A stretch of 63,124 nt of DNA, filler included, from Octopus bimaculoides (lineage: Eukaryota), in assembly GCF_001194135.2 (NCBI RefSeq). It is 4 parts of 4 records of this genome, joined end to end, with 100 filler letters (N's around TTAATTAATTAA, not from the genome) between each part and the next. Parts side by side here need not be neighbours in the genome. Positions count along the whole stretch, not along the records: positions 57,248 to 63,124 come from NC_069000.1; 3 more parts are not named here. One strand, 5' to 3'. This document shows, one piece after another, positions 61,540 through 63,124 of the stretch (position 1 is the stretch's first letter; each line of letters starts with the position of its first letter). Position numbers and translations under genes: made by a program. The notes below the pieces were generated by a model. It did not search any database, was not told where the DNA came from, and worked only from the letters and a program-made list of their open reading frames with translations.

Positions 61540-62960
61540 TTCAAGGGAGGAACTGCGAGGGATCTCAAAGGAGGAAACAACATCGCTGATGGCATGGCGC
61601 CAAGCAACACGGTCAGCTGTTAGAGTGGACCACTCACGATAATCAATGTCACAAACGCTAAGGGACTGCTTCAGGCATGATCTGTGGTGTGAAAGAGGAG
61701 CTACTGCGTATGCGGATGACCATCTCCACCATCGTGTCTGAAGAAGGGCAGCTTCCTTACGTGGAAAACGCCATCAAAGTATACGAGGCGGTACCAGGGG
61801 CAAAGGTTAACCAGCACAAGTCGGCCGGCTTGCGACTCGGCACCTGGAAGGGCGAGTCGATGTCGTCCAATAATGTCGTGGGACGTGGGACGGAAGGTCC
61901 GGTTAAGTTGATACGGGTCTGGTTCGATCGAGACCTCCAGATAGAGAAGAATTGGATTGAGGTCACGGGCAAAGTGACTGCCCTAACCCAGATCTGGTCT
62001 GGGCGGGCGTTATCCTTGCTAGGGAGGGCAGAGGTGGTGCAGATGTTCATAGCATCTGTCATCACCTACCACCTGACGGTTGTGCCTTGCTCTGATTTGT
62101 GGCTGAACAAGTTGGAAAGAATCCTTTCCCGCTTTTTGCGGAAGGCGGGGAAAGCAACGTGTGAAGCACTCTGTGTGCTGCCAAAAACCGTTGAAGGGTA
62201 GGCTAGGGATTCCTTGATTGAAGATGCGAAAATTCGCGTTAACGTTGAGGCACCTCTGGCTTTACCTCGATGATGAGCAGGTGTGGTCACCGCACGTAAG
62301 GTTCTACCTTCCACAGTTGACGTCCTTAGTGGATACTGGTCCATAGATCAAACGAAGACCTAGGCTGGAAGATTGTCAATTGGAGTGCCGTCAGGCAATC
62401 CTGCTACTCTCTCGGGCGAGCAATACCGGCAACAGGAGTTCCACTGCGGATTTCTATAGTGGCATTTATGTCAGACGATGTCCTGGGGGAGCTCCTGGGT
62501 TTCGATAGAAATCAGTTGATCAGCCTATTCAGGAGAACTTTCGGGTCGGAGTATCTGGATAATTACCAGAAATCCCTGGCTTGGCAGTGCTATCGTTCGA
62601 TTTTGCCTGTTCGAGACAAGCTGTCAAGGCACAGAGTGCCGTCTCGCCGACATTCTAGAGGTGCGGGCGAGACAGAGAAACTCTCTTTTACGCCTTCGTG
62701 GAGTGTCCGGAATTATCGGGGCTGATAGCTTTTGTCGAGCAACTGTAGTCAACGATGGGAAGAGTACAGCTATCGGCTGAGTTTATTATCAAGATTGTGC
62801 CACCTCTTTCCCTTAACAGGGAAAGGAAGGCTTGTTTTTTCTGCGTAGTAGCCATACTGAAAGAAACAGTATGGATGACGCGTGTAAGAGGAATAGTGAC
62901 AGGGGTTGGTTAACTTCTTTAGTTACCACCTCGATAGCAAGATCAGGCTGGGGAAGAGAA
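61540..62960 (+). mobile_element. Tx1/L1-clade LINE ORF2 3' portion, decayed
   Basis: YADD at 61709-61720, then YEAVPGAKVNQHKS.GLRLGTW, GPVKL..WF...LQIEKNW, W..R.LSL.GRA, and the zinc knuckle RCGRDRETLFYAFVECP. Frameshifts and stops throughout. Confidence 0.9.
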
Positions 62961-63124
62961 TATTATTTAATATACACAATATATATTTTTATGAACTACT
63001 AGTAGTTTTATGTAATGAAAGCATCTGAGACAGTATCTTTAACACGTCTGGTGTTAAAAATACCGAGATGCTTTCATCACATGAAGCTAATAGTAGCACG
63101 TTGAAATACAAATTGTGTTTATTA

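Overview
AT-rich, repeat-dominated animal (metazoan) genomic DNA from a gapped draft assembly. There is no prokaryotic gene content and no CRISPR array. The SINE and LINE repertoire looks like that of octopod cephalopods, but this is inference from recalled repeat consensus sequences and was not checked by search. Three synthetic 100-bp linkers (44 N + TTAATTAATTAA + 44 N) split the window into four joined blocks: 1-15548, 15649-34848, 34949-57147 and 57248-63124. Content: abundant microsatellites; at least three tRNA-derived SINE families; several decayed Tc1/mariner elements, one with both TIRs and a TA target duplication; and LINE fragments (HERO-like RLE, RTE, Tx1/L1). There are about five Penelope-like element (PLE) remnants and one tRNA-Asp(GTC) gene with its Pol III terminator. 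A few weakly supported exon candidates belong to unidentified genes. The most interesting signal is a set of hammerhead-ribozyme cores (CUGANGA...GAAA...NUH), repeatedly found in inverted, PLE-type pseudo-LTR arrangements. The best case is a head-to-head pair at 1220-1559 with both catalytic cores intact and an unusually long, branched stem II. Almost all ORFs in the supplied track are microsatellite, N-gap or transposon by-products.
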